This document shows positions 51,322-64,000 of a DNA stretch of 64,000 nt, piece by piece. Under the pieces are notes generated by a model, which saw only the letters and a list, made by a program, of their open reading frames with translations, searched no databases and was not told the DNA's origin. Numbering within the stretch: the stretch's first letter is position 1; every line of letters starts with the position of its first letter. The stretch spans positions 68,696,001 through 68,760,000 of the forward strand of contig OZ024747.1 in the NCBI GenBank assembly GCA_964016885.1. Direction: 5' to 3'. A program made the translations under genes and the position numbers. Source of the stretch: Eledone cirrhosa. Taxonomy: Eukaryota.

Positions 51322-51695
51322 ATCATCATCATCATTTTACATCCGCTTTTCCTTGCTTGCAAGGGTGGGACAGGTTCTCTTCAGCAGATCATCTCTCCAT
51401 TCGTCATAGTCACTCGTCATCTCCTCTGTGAGCTTCAGTGATATGAGGTCAGCTCTCACCCCCCCACCCCATGTTTTTCGTGGTCTTCTTCTACTGCGTC
51501 TTTCTTCCACTGGGATTTTTTCGCACTTCTTCACCCAGCAGTCATCATCTATGTACATCACATGGCCATACCAGTGCAGTCTTCTCTCCTGCACACTACA
51601 GTTTATTCCTCTTATACACAGTTTCACTCTCAACTCGTCCATACTTGGTCGTTCACACACATTGACATTGCACATCCATTGGAGCATGCTTGCTA
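51322..51695 (-). mobile_element. 3' fragment of the same RTE-like family (another at ~50490-50750)
   Basis: VQERRLHWYGHVM...GRPRKTW-like C-terminus; homologous to 62100-62425; (ATG)n tail. Confidence 0.85.
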
Positions 51696-51887
51696 TTTAG
51701 TTCTAGAATAACTATAATCAATACAATAATAATTTTTATTGTAATCTGGTGAGGCTAACCTACAGTTTCTATAACACTTTGACTGCCATTTTATGTTAGG
51801 AGAGACAAAATTGTTTAGAAGATAAGTGCGCTGGTTTGATGCTGTCTTGTTTTAATTTGTCAAAATTATTTTGTTATGTTTCTAGAT

Positions 51888-52163
51888 CAGTCATGGGCAA
51901 CCTGCAGCCCGCGAAGCTTTCTGAATGGCTCACCTAAGGGAAATCTTTCTGTTTTTTTTTCTTCCAGTTGTAATTTATCTTTCTATCATTTTTACGATCG
52001 AGGAAAACAACTTGTACATATTCTGAAGAAACAAATCAAAACAACCTGAGTTACCACCCTTTTTTTTTTAATGTGGGCACGAATGTATATTAACGCTTGC
52101 TGCTCGCCTAATGATGAGCCATATGTCATGCAGCCCACTTCTCGAAAAAGGTTGCCATTTCTG
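51888..52163. mobile_element. hAT MITE
   Basis: CAGTCATGGGCAACCT...AGGTTGCCATTTCTG; TSD ttctagat / ctctagat. Confidence 0.8.
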
Positions 52164-52942
52164 CTCTAGATGAACTACTTAATTCTACAGGCTGCTCAGC
52201 TGTTAGAAATAAGAATCTTACTCTTTGAATAGCTTATTTGTGATTGAATTGAATTGCATCCTATCCAGAACAAAATTTATTTCTTATTTGTTTAACACAG
52301 TAGAAACTGAAATTGAACACCAGTTTTGTGATTCATCATGATTCTAGGAATTCTAAATCATACAAAATACTTTACATAACACAAAGTTTTACATCATTTA
52401 TTTTAAATTATTTCTTTGATATTTTGTGTGACAAATAAGAGAATTACTATTACATTCAGTAATTGAGAAAACAATATAATAAAACAAAAATTCAATTTAG
52501 TTGTAGCTTACTCTTCTTGATTTTGCTCTTTAGAGGTGATTTGGCCTGAAAAAGTTAATGTAAATATCATAGATGTAATCTAACTATTGCCAAGCAACAG
52601 CTATTGTTGTTCTAAACAAATCAATGATTAGAATAAAAATCCTTCAAATCAGAGAACTAAATAAATACACATTATTCAGTTTTATAGCTATGGCTTCTTA
52701 TTTATGTGGTTTCTTTCTGGTTTTCAGTATGATGCCTCTTCTTATCCATATAGTTTTTGTAAACGATATGGTTTTTTATTACCAATGTGGTTTGTTTTAC
52801 CAATGTAGTTATAATTGTTAATTATGCATCCATTTAATAGGCTAACTCTAGTTCTTTGCTATAATCAAATATAATCACTATATCTGGAAGTTGATGAGAC
52901 TGAAGTGATTTGAATAAATGCTATTTCAATATTGGATGTACC

Positions 52943-53199
52943 CAGGGCTGGTGTCAGACTATCTGGTATCCTAGGCAAGGCTAGATTCTGGTGACCCCAA
53001 AGGAAAATATTAATTTCAAAATTTATAAGCAATAAATAAAAAAAAAATGTTTTTCAACATTTATTTGTCCATGTATAAAATAAACCAAGATAAAAAACGA
53101 CCCTCAATAAAGATTAAATTTATTTATTTTTCAAAATTGTTGCTGAAATCAGCGCCCTAGGCAGCTGCCTAGTTTGCCTATATGGTATCGCCGGTCCTG
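52943..53199. mobile_element. hAT MITE
   Basis: CAGGGCTGGTG...CGCCGGTCCTG with perfect TSD gatgtacc. Confidence 0.88.
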
Positions 53200-53633
53200 G
53201 ATGTACCATTAGCCAAGATTTAAAAAAAATATTTCAAAACTTGTATTGTTACCCACTGAATCTTTGAAACTAGGGTGAAACGATTTAATAAAGTTACCTC
53301 ATAGTAGAATCAAACCCAAGATCTCATGGTCAATTTCTTGACCACTAATCCATATCTGTTTCAGTAACACAAGTACCAGTAATACTCTCAGGAAGATTCA
53401 GTTGACTGAAACCATTTCTTTGCCTCCCACAATGTTTATTCTATGCCTACAAGGAAAATGAATATTAATGTCATTTGAACCATTTTGGTATCTAATGCCA
53501 CTGTTTATATGAGAGAGCATCTCTGTGACTACTTGACTTGCTGAAAATAGCAGCTACATCTCCCTTAACCCTTTAGCATTTACATTACTCTATATATGCT
53601 ATTGCACTTTTGTGGTAAAGGCTTTATCTTACA

Positions 53634-56600
53634 CTAGCTGGTCCGTACGGCTGGCGCCCGGCTACCATTGGCATGTTCTACAGCATCCAGATATATATAT
53701 AGCTGTTGAACATATATAGTATTGCTGTTGAACATATATAGTATAGTATAGTATTACTGTTGAATATATAGTATAGTATAGTATTACTGTTGAATATATA
53801 TAGTATAGTATAGTATTACTGTTGAACATATATAGTATAGTACAGTATTACTGTTAAAAACATATAGTATAGTATAGTATTACTGTTGAATATATATATA
53901 GTATAGTATTACTGTTGAAAATATATAGTATAGTATAGTATTACTGTTGAAAACATATAGTATAGTATAGTATTACTGTTGAACATATATAGTATAGTAT
54001 TACTGTTGAACATATATAGTATAGTACAGTATTACTGTTGAAAACATATAGTATAGTATAGTATTACTGTTGAACATATATAGTATAGTATAGTATTACT
54101 GTTGAACATATATAGTATAGTATTACTGTTGAACATATATAGTATAGTACAGTATTACTGTTGAACATATATAGTATAGTATAGTATTACTGTTGAAAAT
54201 ATATAGTATAGTACAGTATTACTGTTGAACATATATAGTATAGTACAGTATTACTGTTGAAAATATATAGTATAGTATAGTATTACTGTTGAGCATATAT
54301 AGTATAGTACAGTATTACTGTTGAAAATATATAGTATAGTATAGTATTACTGTTGAACATATATAGTATAGTACAGTATTACTGTTGAACATATATAGTA
54401 TAGTATAGTATTACTGTTGAACATATATAGTATAGTACAGTATTACTGTTGAACATATATAGTATAGTATAGTATTACTGTTGAACATATATAGTATAGT
54501 ACAGTATTACTGTTGAAAATATATAGTATAGTATAGTATTACTGTTGAACATATATAGTATAGTACAGTATTACTGTTGAACATATATAGTATAGTATAG
54601 TATTACTGTTGAAAATATATAGTATAGTATAGTATTACTGTTGAAAATATATAGTATAGTATAGTATTACTGTTGAAAATATATAGTATAGTATTACTGT
54701 TGAACATATATAGTATAGTATTACTGTTGAAAATATATAGTATAGTATAGTATTACTGTTGAACATATATAGTATAGTATAGTATTACTGTTGAAAATAT
54801 ATAGTATAGTATAGTATTACTGTTGAAAATATATAGTATAGTATAGTATTACTGTTGAAAATATATAGTATAGTATAGTATTACTGTTGGAAATATATAG
54901 TATAGTATTACTGTTGAAAATATATAGTATAGTATTACTGTTGAACATATATAGTATAGTATAGTATAGTATTACTGTTGAACATATATAGTATAGTACA
55001 GTATTACTGTTGAAAATATATAGTATAGTATTACTGTTGAAAATATATAGTACAGTATTACTGTTGAAAATATATAGTATAGTATTACTGTTGAACATAT
55101 ATAGTATAGTATTAATGTTGAAAATATATAGTATAGTATTACTGTTGAAAATATATAGTATAGTATTACTGTTGAAAATATATAGTATAGTATTACTGTT
55201 GAAAATATATAGTATAGTATTACTGTTGAAAATATATAGTATAGTATTACTGTTGAAAATATATAGTATAGTATAGTATTACTGTTGAAAATATATAGTA
55301 TAGTATTACTGTTGAAAATATATAGTACAGTATTACTGTTGAACATATATAGTATAGTATTAATGTTGAAAATATATAGTATAGTATTACTGTTGAAAAT
55401 ATATAGTATAGTATTACTGTTGAAAATATATAGTATAGTATTACTGTTGAAAATATATAGTATAGTATAGTATTACTGTTGAAAATATATAGTATAGTAT
55501 TACTGTTGAAAATATATAGTATAGTATTACTGTTGAAAATATATAGTATAGTATTACTGTTGAAAATATATAGTATAGTATAGTATTACTGTTGAACATA
55601 TATAGTATAGTATTACTGTTGAACATATATAGTATAGTATTACTGTTGAAAATATATAGTATAGTATTACTGTTGAAAATATATAGTATAGTATAGTATT
55701 ACTGTTGAAAATATATAGTATAGTATTACTGTTGAAAATATATAGTATAGTATAGTATTACTGTTGAAAATATATAGTATAGTATTACTGTTGAAAATAT
55801 ATAGTATAGTACAGTATTACTGTTGAACATATATAGTATAGTACAGTATTACTGTTGAACATATATAGTATAGTATTACTGTTGAAAATATATAGTATAG
55901 TATTACTGTTGAAAATATATAGTATAGTATTACTGTTGAAAATATATAGTATAGTATAGTATTACTGTTGAAAATATATAGTATAGTATTACTGTTGTAA
56001 ATATATAGTATAGTATTACTGTTGAAAATATATAGTATAGTATTACTGTTGAACATATATAGTATAGTATTAATGTTGAAAATATATAGTATAGTATTAC
56101 TGTTGAACATATATAGTATAGTATTACTGTTGAACATATATAGTATAGTATAGTATTACTGTTGAAAATATATAGTATAGTATAGTATTACTGTTGAACA
56201 TATATAGTATAGTATAGTATTACTGTTGAACATATATAGTATAGTATTACTGTTGAAAATATATAGTACAGTATTACTGTTGAAAATATATAGTACAGTA
56301 TTACTGTTGAACATATATAGTATAGTATAGTATTACTGTTGAACATATATAGTATAGTATTACTGTTGAAAATATATAGTATAGTACAGTATTACTGTTG
56401 AACATATATAGTATAGTATTACTGTTGAAAATATATAGTATAGTACAGTATTACTGTTGAAAATATATAGTATAGTATTACTGTTGAAAATATATAGTAC
56501 AGTATTACTGTTGAAAATATATAGTACAGTATTACTGTTGAACATATATAGTATAGTATTACTGTTGAAAATATATAGTATAGTATTACTGTTGAACATA

Positions 56601-58720
56601 TATAGTATAGTATTACTGTTGAACATATATAGTATAGTATTACTGTTGAACATATATAGTATAGTATAGTATTACTGTTGAACATATATAGTATAGTATA
56701 GTATTACTGTTGAAAATATATAGTATAGTACAGTATTACTGTTGAACATATATAGTATAGTATAGTATTACTGTTGAACATATATAGTATAGTATTACTG
56801 TTGAACATATATAGTATAGTATTACTGTTGAAAATATATAGTATAGTATTACTGTTGAACATATATAGTATAGTATTACTGTTGAAAATATATAGTATAG
56901 TATTACTGTTGAACATATATAGTATAGTATAGTATTACTGTTGAAAATATATAGTATAGTACATTATTACTGTTGAACATATATAGTATAGTACAGTATT
57001 ACTGTTGAAAACATATAGTATAGTATAGTATTACTGTTGAACATATATAGTATAGTACAGTATTACTGTTGAAAATATATAGTATAGTATAGTATTACTG
57101 TTGAAAATATATAGTATGGTATAGTATTACTGTTGAACATATATAGTATAGTACAGTATTACTGTTGAACATATATAGTATAGTATAGTATTACTGTTGA
57201 AAATATATAGTATAGTATTACTGTTGAAAATATATAGTATAGTATTACTGTTGAACATATATAGTATAGTATAGTATTACTGTTGAAAATATATAGTATA
57301 GTATAGTATTACTGTTGAACATATACAGTATGGTATAGTATTACTGTTGAAAATATATAGTATGGTATAGTATTACTGTTGAACATATATAGTATAGTAC
57401 AGTATTACTGTTGAACATATATAGTATAGTATAGTATTACTGTTGAAAATATATAGTATAGTATTACTGTTGAAAATATATAGTATAGTATTACTGTTGA
57501 ACATATATAGTATAGTATAGTATTACTGTTGAAAATATATAGTATAGTATAGTATTACTGTTGAACATATATAGTATGGTATAGTATTACTGTTGAAAAT
57601 ATATAGTATGGTATAGTATTACTGTTGAACATATATAGTATAGTATAGTATTACTGTTGAACATATGTACACGAATATATGATTATATATATATATAGCT
57701 GTTGAAAATATATAGTATAGTATTACTGTTGAACATATATAGTACAGTATTACTGTTGAAAATATATAGTACAGTATTACTGTTGAACATATATAGTACA
57801 GTATTACTGTTGAACATATATAGTACAGTATTACTGTTGAAAATATATAGTACAGTATAGTATTACTGTTGAACATATATAGTACAGTATTACTGTTGAA
57901 AATATATAGTATAGTATAGTATTACTGTTGAAAATATGTACACGAATATATGATTATATATATATATATATAATTAATTAAAAGTTGGTTAGAAGCGAAG
58001 TCAATGCAGACAGGCAGACATACAGACAGATATTATAAGGGTGCGACGTTATAGCTATGTATCTATCTAAAAAGACAGAGTAAGTAAGAGAGAGGAGTGT
58101 TGTATTATATATATTATATATAATAAAGTACCAGTAATGTACTGGGATAATTGCTGGCCTTGTGCCAGAAATAGAAGCAATTATACTTCTTTTTTATACA
58201 ACTGTAAATAACATGTTTATGTATGTATATATACGTATAAAGGAATGCTGTAATAAAATGTACAAATTAAACTGTCTCTTATTTATGATACTAACATGCT
58301 TATATATATACATACATATACACACACTATATATATATATAAACACACTATCTATACATATATACACACACACACACAGATAACAGAGTCAATGTACAGA
58401 ATGGTTTTCGTAATGCAGACAGCAGACATACAGACAGATATTATAAGGGCGCGACATTATAGCTATGTATCTATCTAAAAAGACAGACTAAGAAAGAGAG
58501 AGATCGCTAACCGGAAGTATTGACATTTGAAAATTTTAAAGAAGTGAATATTTAAATAAACAATAAAATATCTCTAATCTTTTAACCAAATTTAGTAGAC
58601 AAAAATACCCTCACTTTCTTATTTAGAAAAAGTTACATCTATGGTGCAAATTTGGTGCTGTTTGGTCCAGCTGTTTGGCGAACATTTTGTTACATACGAC
58701 CGTCAGCTTTATAATATAGA
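53634..58720 (-). mobile_element. Non-autonomous Helitron carrying a satellite array, inserted in a piggyBac-like MITE
   Basis: Minus strand a|TCTATATTATAAAG...GC-rich subterminal segment ccgggcgccagccgtacgg-acCAGCTAG|t. Inserted between A and T with no TSD; the host MITE halves 53565-53633 and 58721-58878 rejoin seamlessly. Confidence 0.88.
53715..57935. repeat. ~4.2-kb tandem array of 25/30-bp units
   Basis: Unit tattactgttgaa(a/c)atatatag(tatag)1-2 repeated throughout. Confidence 0.97.
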
Positions 58721-59277
58721 TAATTATCTCATAATATTGAATTTATAAGATTTTAATGTTATTTATTTTGAGAACAGTAACTTAACATAAGTACGAGTGG
58801 CTGGTTGCAGCTGGTTTGAACAGACAGAGGTGAGAGAATTCTGGCCAGATATGGCCAGTTTAAATGTTAAAGGGTTAAATCAAATCCTACCATCTTAAAA
58901 AAACCCCGCTATATTGAGTTGCAGTATGTCTGGAAAGACAAACTGGCCACAGCTAGAACACCTTTGATCATGGGTCTGGCTGGTCATTCAAGGAGGGTCA
59001 GATATCAACAACAATATCAACAACAACAATGATATGGTTTTCATGCATATCAGCTTCTTTCTCCCCTATTTAGTCGATCATGTGTAAATGCGTTAAGCTT
59101 CACCCTATGACACAGCTTTGTTATTACATTTTGTATGGTTACATAGCAACCCAACCACAACATGAAGACAATGTAAATTACAACATAAACAACATAATTA
59201 TGAAATAAATATTCATTGAGCATATTCATACATGCATACATACATACATGCATACATACATACATACATACATACAC

Positions 59278-59353
<76 letters not shown>

Positions 59354-59660
59354 ACATACATACATACATACACGCATACATACATACATACATACATACA
59401 TACATACATACACGCATACATACATACATACACACATACATACATACACGCATACATACATACATACATACATACACACACACGCATACATACATACATA
59501 CATACATACATACATACACGCATACATACATACACACATACATACATACACGCATACATACATACATACACACATACACGCATACATACATACACACATA
59601 CATACATACACACATACATACACACATACATACATACACGCATACACACATACATACATA

Positions 59661-59698
<38 letters not shown>

Positions 59699-59726
59699 TA
59701 CATACATACATACATACATACATACA

Positions 59727-59765
59727 TGATGGCTGCCCCCTCGTTATCGAGTATGGCCATTGCAC

Positions 59766-59802
<37 letters not shown>

Positions 59803-59914
59803 ATAATAATAATAATGATAATAATAATAATAATAGCAATAATAATAATAACGACAACAACAATAATAATATACATATTCATATATATATACACACACAC
59901 GCACGCACATAAGC

Positions 59915-59956
<42 letters not shown>

Positions 59957-61758
59957 GATAGCAACTAACAGTGCTGCGATCGAATGTGGCTTTTTAGCCC
60001 AGCCAATGATCCAAAATGTCTTGCACAGAGTCGGCAACCAAAACATTTACTGGGAATAGTCGGCTGTGGTTGGAGTTCGTGTACTTTTGCATGTCGCTTG
60101 AGTCCTCCTGCTGATTTACATTCTCTACCACATGTTTGGCAAGCATGATGAGTAGCATCTCCAACAGCAGCCTGGTAGTCAACCACTGGTCTTACTTTAT
60201 GACTGCGAAGATGACTTTCGAGTCCAGCTTTGCTTAGGCAGAGTCTCGCACAGACGCTGCATGTCAGAAACATAGGAGGACCCTCGCCGTCTGGAAGTGC
60301 AACAGCAATACCCTTCCTCACGTCCCGCTTTACTTTCTCGTGTGCGATTCGAGATGCCTCAAAGGCAACTTTTCCCTCATATACAGTCTTTCTCCATTTA
60401 TTACGATCAGCAGCAATATTTTCCCATGTATCAGCAGAGATGTTAGCGTCTTTCAGAGAGGCCTTCAAGGAATCCTTATACCTCTTTTTTGGTTTATGTG
60501 GCGGTCGTTTTCCTTTAACCAACTCTCCATAGAAGAGTTGTTTTGGTATTCTAGAATCCTTCATCCTGGCAAGGTGACCACTCCAACGGAGTCGCTGCTT
60601 AAGCACAAGAGCTTCTATACTGTCACACATAGAGCTTTCCAAAATCTCGACATCACTGATGTGGTCCCTCCAGCGAACGCCATGTATCCGTCTGAGACAC
60701 ATCTGATGGAAACGCTCCAATTGCTTAAGGTGGCGTCGATATGCGACCCAGGTCTCGCAGGCATAAAGAAGACAAGAGAGTACACATGCCCTGTACACCT
60801 TTACCTTTGTCCTCCTGCATATGTCTCGCCGACCCCAGAGTCGCCTTTCTAGCTTTCCGAAAGCATCACTTGCTTTCCTAATCCTAAGTGAGATTTCACT
60901 GTCAAGGTTGCCGTATCGATTGACAGTGCTTCCCAGGTAGACAAACTGATCAACCACTCCAAGTCGTTTGCCATACACATAGATGTTTGGTTCAGTGTAC
61001 TGCCTACCAGGTGCAGGTTGGTACATGACGACGGTTTTCTTGAGACTGACAGTCAAACCCAGGGCAGTGCAAGCGTCAGAAAATACATTCAAAATGTGCT
61101 GCATATCACTCTCTGTGTGCGCTACAAGATCGCAATCATCTGCATACAAGAGGTCTCTTATGACTGATGTAAATACTTTTGTCTTCGCAGCAAAGCGCCT
61201 GATGTTAAATATGCTGCCTGAGGTTCGATATCGGATGTAAACACCATGCTCGCAATTCCTGAATGCAACACAGAAAACCATTGCAAAGTATATGGCAAAC
61301 AGGGTCGGTGCTGGAATATCCCCCTGTTTCACTCCATTTTTTACTGAGATAGGCTCCGACATGTTACCTCCGACATTAACCCAAGCCTTCATGTCGTCAT
61401 GGAAAGACCTAACTAAAGCAAGGAACTTATCAGGGCAACCAAGTTTCTGGAGAACCTTCCATAATGCATCTCTGTTGACAGTATCGAAAGCCTTTGTCAG
61501 ATCGACAAAAACCTGATACAGATCCAAGCCCTGTTCAATGCACTTCTCCTGGAGCTGTCTAGCTGAGAAGATCATATCAGTAGTGCCGCGTCCAACACGA
61601 AAACCAGATTGACTTTCAGGAAGGACACAATCTGCAATGTGTGTCAGCAGACGGTCCAGAAGCACCCTACATAAAACTTTCCCCACGACAGAAAGCAATG
61701 ATATACCTCTGTAGTTCCCACAATCATTCCTGTTACCCTTTCCCTTGTACAAGACCAC
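59727..61758 (-). mobile_element. 5'-truncated RTE-clade LINE with uninterrupted RT ORF (to stop at 59965) and three C-terminal C2H2 zinc fingers
   Basis: NYRGISLLSVVGK, PESQSGFR, FVDLTKAFDTV, GVKQG, LLYADD, YLGS, LRWSGHLARM..RIPKQLFYGEL. No APE domain present. Both ends are embedded in (CATA)n/(CA)n. Confidence 0.95.
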
Positions 61759-61838
61759 CATACATACATACACGCATACATACATACATACATACACACA
61801 CACACATACACACACACACATACATACATACATACACG

Positions 61839-61904
<66 letters not shown>

Positions 61905-61918
61905 TACACACATACATC

Positions 61919-61958
<40 letters not shown>

Positions 61959-62034
61959 TATATACATACACGCATACATACATATATATAAAAATAAAAA
62001 CTGTGAAATGATACTCAAAAATATAAATGCACTA

Positions 62035-62085
<51 letters not shown>

Positions 62086-62088
<3 letters not shown>

Positions 62089-63290
62089 TCATCATCATCA
62101 TTTTACGTCTGCTTTTCCCTGCTTGCAGGGGTGGGATGGGTATTATTAAGCACGACATCTCTCCATTCGTCACGGTCCTTTGTCAGCCCCTCCATGAGCT
62201 CCGCCCCATGTTTTTTGTAGTCTTCCTCCACTGCTTCTTCCTTCTACTGGGTTTTCTTGGCACTTCTTTACCCAGCGGTCATCCTCCATGCGCATCACAT
62301 GTCCATACGAATGCAGTCTTCTCTCCTGCACACTACAGCCTATCCCTCTTATACAGTTTCTCTCTCAACTCGTCCATGCTGGGTCGTTCACACACATTGA
62401 CATTGCACATCCAATGAAGCATGCTTATTTCATGTCTCTCCAGCCGTCACATATCTTCCACAGTTGCTACCCATGTCTCACTACCATGCAGCATTGCGCA
62501 TCTCACACAGACATCATATAACTGGCATTTCATTCTTTGTCAACAGAGGAAGCAGCTCCCTAAACTTCTTCCAGCCCATCCTTATTTTAGATACTATGGC
62601 CTTGGAGCACCCTCCTCTCTTACTAATCTGATCACCTAGGTATCAGAAGCTATCAACTACCTCTATAGGTTCTACTCGGATTTGAAAAATGTATCTATCA
62701 CTGCGACTTCTACTGTTAAATTTCCCTGTACATCTACTGCATATGTAGTTTTCTCTACCTGTTAGTTTGTCTGCTATCCCAGTACATCTCTTATGCACCC
62801 AAGATCATTGTGTACATTTCATAGAATTTATGCTAACTCCTTTCCTACATATTGAACATGGCCATTTCCCTGATGGAATCAGAGTTTTGTCCTCTTTCCT
62901 ACTTATCAACACCTTTGTCTTAGCTAGCCCTCTTGATTCCAACTGCTGTTTCCATAGCCAGAATTTATTCTCTAGCTTCTCTACTGATTCTGATACAAGT
63001 ACCAGATCATCAGCATAGAGAAGTTCCCATGGGCAGCCAGTCATAAACTCCTCTGTTATGGCTTGGAGGACTATAACGAACAAGAGCAGGCTGAGGACTG
63101 AACCCTGATGTACTCCTACTTGTATTTGGAATTCCTCACTAAACTCCATTCATACTCTCACTTAACTGACAGCACCCCTGTACATAGCTTGCACTGTCCT
63201 CACAAGACATTCATCTACACCTAGTTTCCTTAGGGACCACCAGATGACAGATTGGGCTACTCTATCAAAGGCCTTCTCTAGGTCAACAAA
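62086..63290 (-). mobile_element. Degenerate RTE-like LINE (second family), 5'-truncated, (ATG)n tail
   Basis: FVDLEKAFDRV, GVHQGSVLS, LLYADDLVL; multiple stops and frameshifts; 3' end gacgtaaaaatgatgatgat. Confidence 0.88.
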
Positions 63291-63370
63291 GTATATATAT
63301 ATTAGAAAGTGAGGGTTTTTTTTTACAAAATGAAAAATAACCGAAGTGTCCTACATGAGTGAAAGTATAA

Positions 63371-63644
63371 GGAAAAAAGATGAAATCGAAAATGCAACTG
63401 GAGTCTTTTTTTAAATATATATTTATTTGGTTCCTTTACCGGTTTTACAGTTCTTCTGCTTTTCAAAAGTAGAATTGAGATGGAGGATCTGTGGTTTTTC
63501 TCACATCTGATGTGAGAAAAACCACAGATCCTCCATCTCAATTCTCCCTTTGAAAAGCACAAGAACTGCAAAACCGGTAAAGGAACCAAATAAATATATA
63601 TTTAAAAAAAGACTCCAGTTGCATTTTCGATCTCATTTTTTTCC
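63371..63644. repeat. Near-perfect palindrome (~137-bp arms) between (TA)n tracts
   Basis: Centre tctcacatc-t-gatgtgaga at 63508; a few mismatches between arms. Confidence 0.92.
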
Positions 63645-63726
<82 letters not shown>

Positions 63727-63830
63727 GTGTATATATATATATATATATATAGATATATATATATATATATATATATACATATGTGTATATATATATATAT
63801 ATATATAGATATATATATATATATATATAC

Positions 63831-63883
<53 letters not shown>

Positions 63884-64000
63884 CATATGTGTATATATAT
63901 ATATATATATAACTTTGAATAACTTTGAAATGTTTTGGCCAGTATTGGCCCAGGCCATGTCTAACTTAATAGCACCACCTGGCGAAGTCTTTCAATTCAG

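Noticed and set aside
61759-61983. N-terminal extension of the 672-aa ORF
   Set aside because: Pure (CA)n/(CATA)n sequence that happens to be in frame; LINE homology starts at VVLYKG (61758).
63500-63590. Hammerhead at the centre of the 63.5-kb palindrome
   Set aside because: The core reads CTGATGT and stems do not close; only a 3' half-like AAACCGGTA is present.

Overview
AT-rich, microsatellite-saturated eukaryotic DNA. The SINE, LINE and MITE content resembles a cephalopod (Octopus-like) genome; this is inference. The only host gene is part of a + strand SLC35F3/F4-like transporter: three well-supported coding exons (38512-38806, 45903-46119, 49870-49995) and a phase-compatible candidate first coding exon (21400-21502). 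The rest is intron or intergenic DNA filled with tRNA-derived SINEs, piggyBac-like and hAT MITEs, R4/Dong-like and RTE LINE fragments (one with an uninterrupted ~600-aa RT plus three C2H2 fingers), a truncated Ty3/Gypsy element, and two Helitrons (one carrying a ~4.2-kb satellite). The most striking signal is a set of short inserts embedded in (TA)n tracts. Many are long fold-back palindromes and carry type I hammerhead ribozyme motifs (CUGANGA...GAAA, mostly with palindromic stem III). There are at least 8 loci with complete cores from several unrelated families, consistent with termini of TA-targeting Penelope-like elements or retrozyme-like RNAs. Nearly all other ORFs in the track are microsatellite artefacts.
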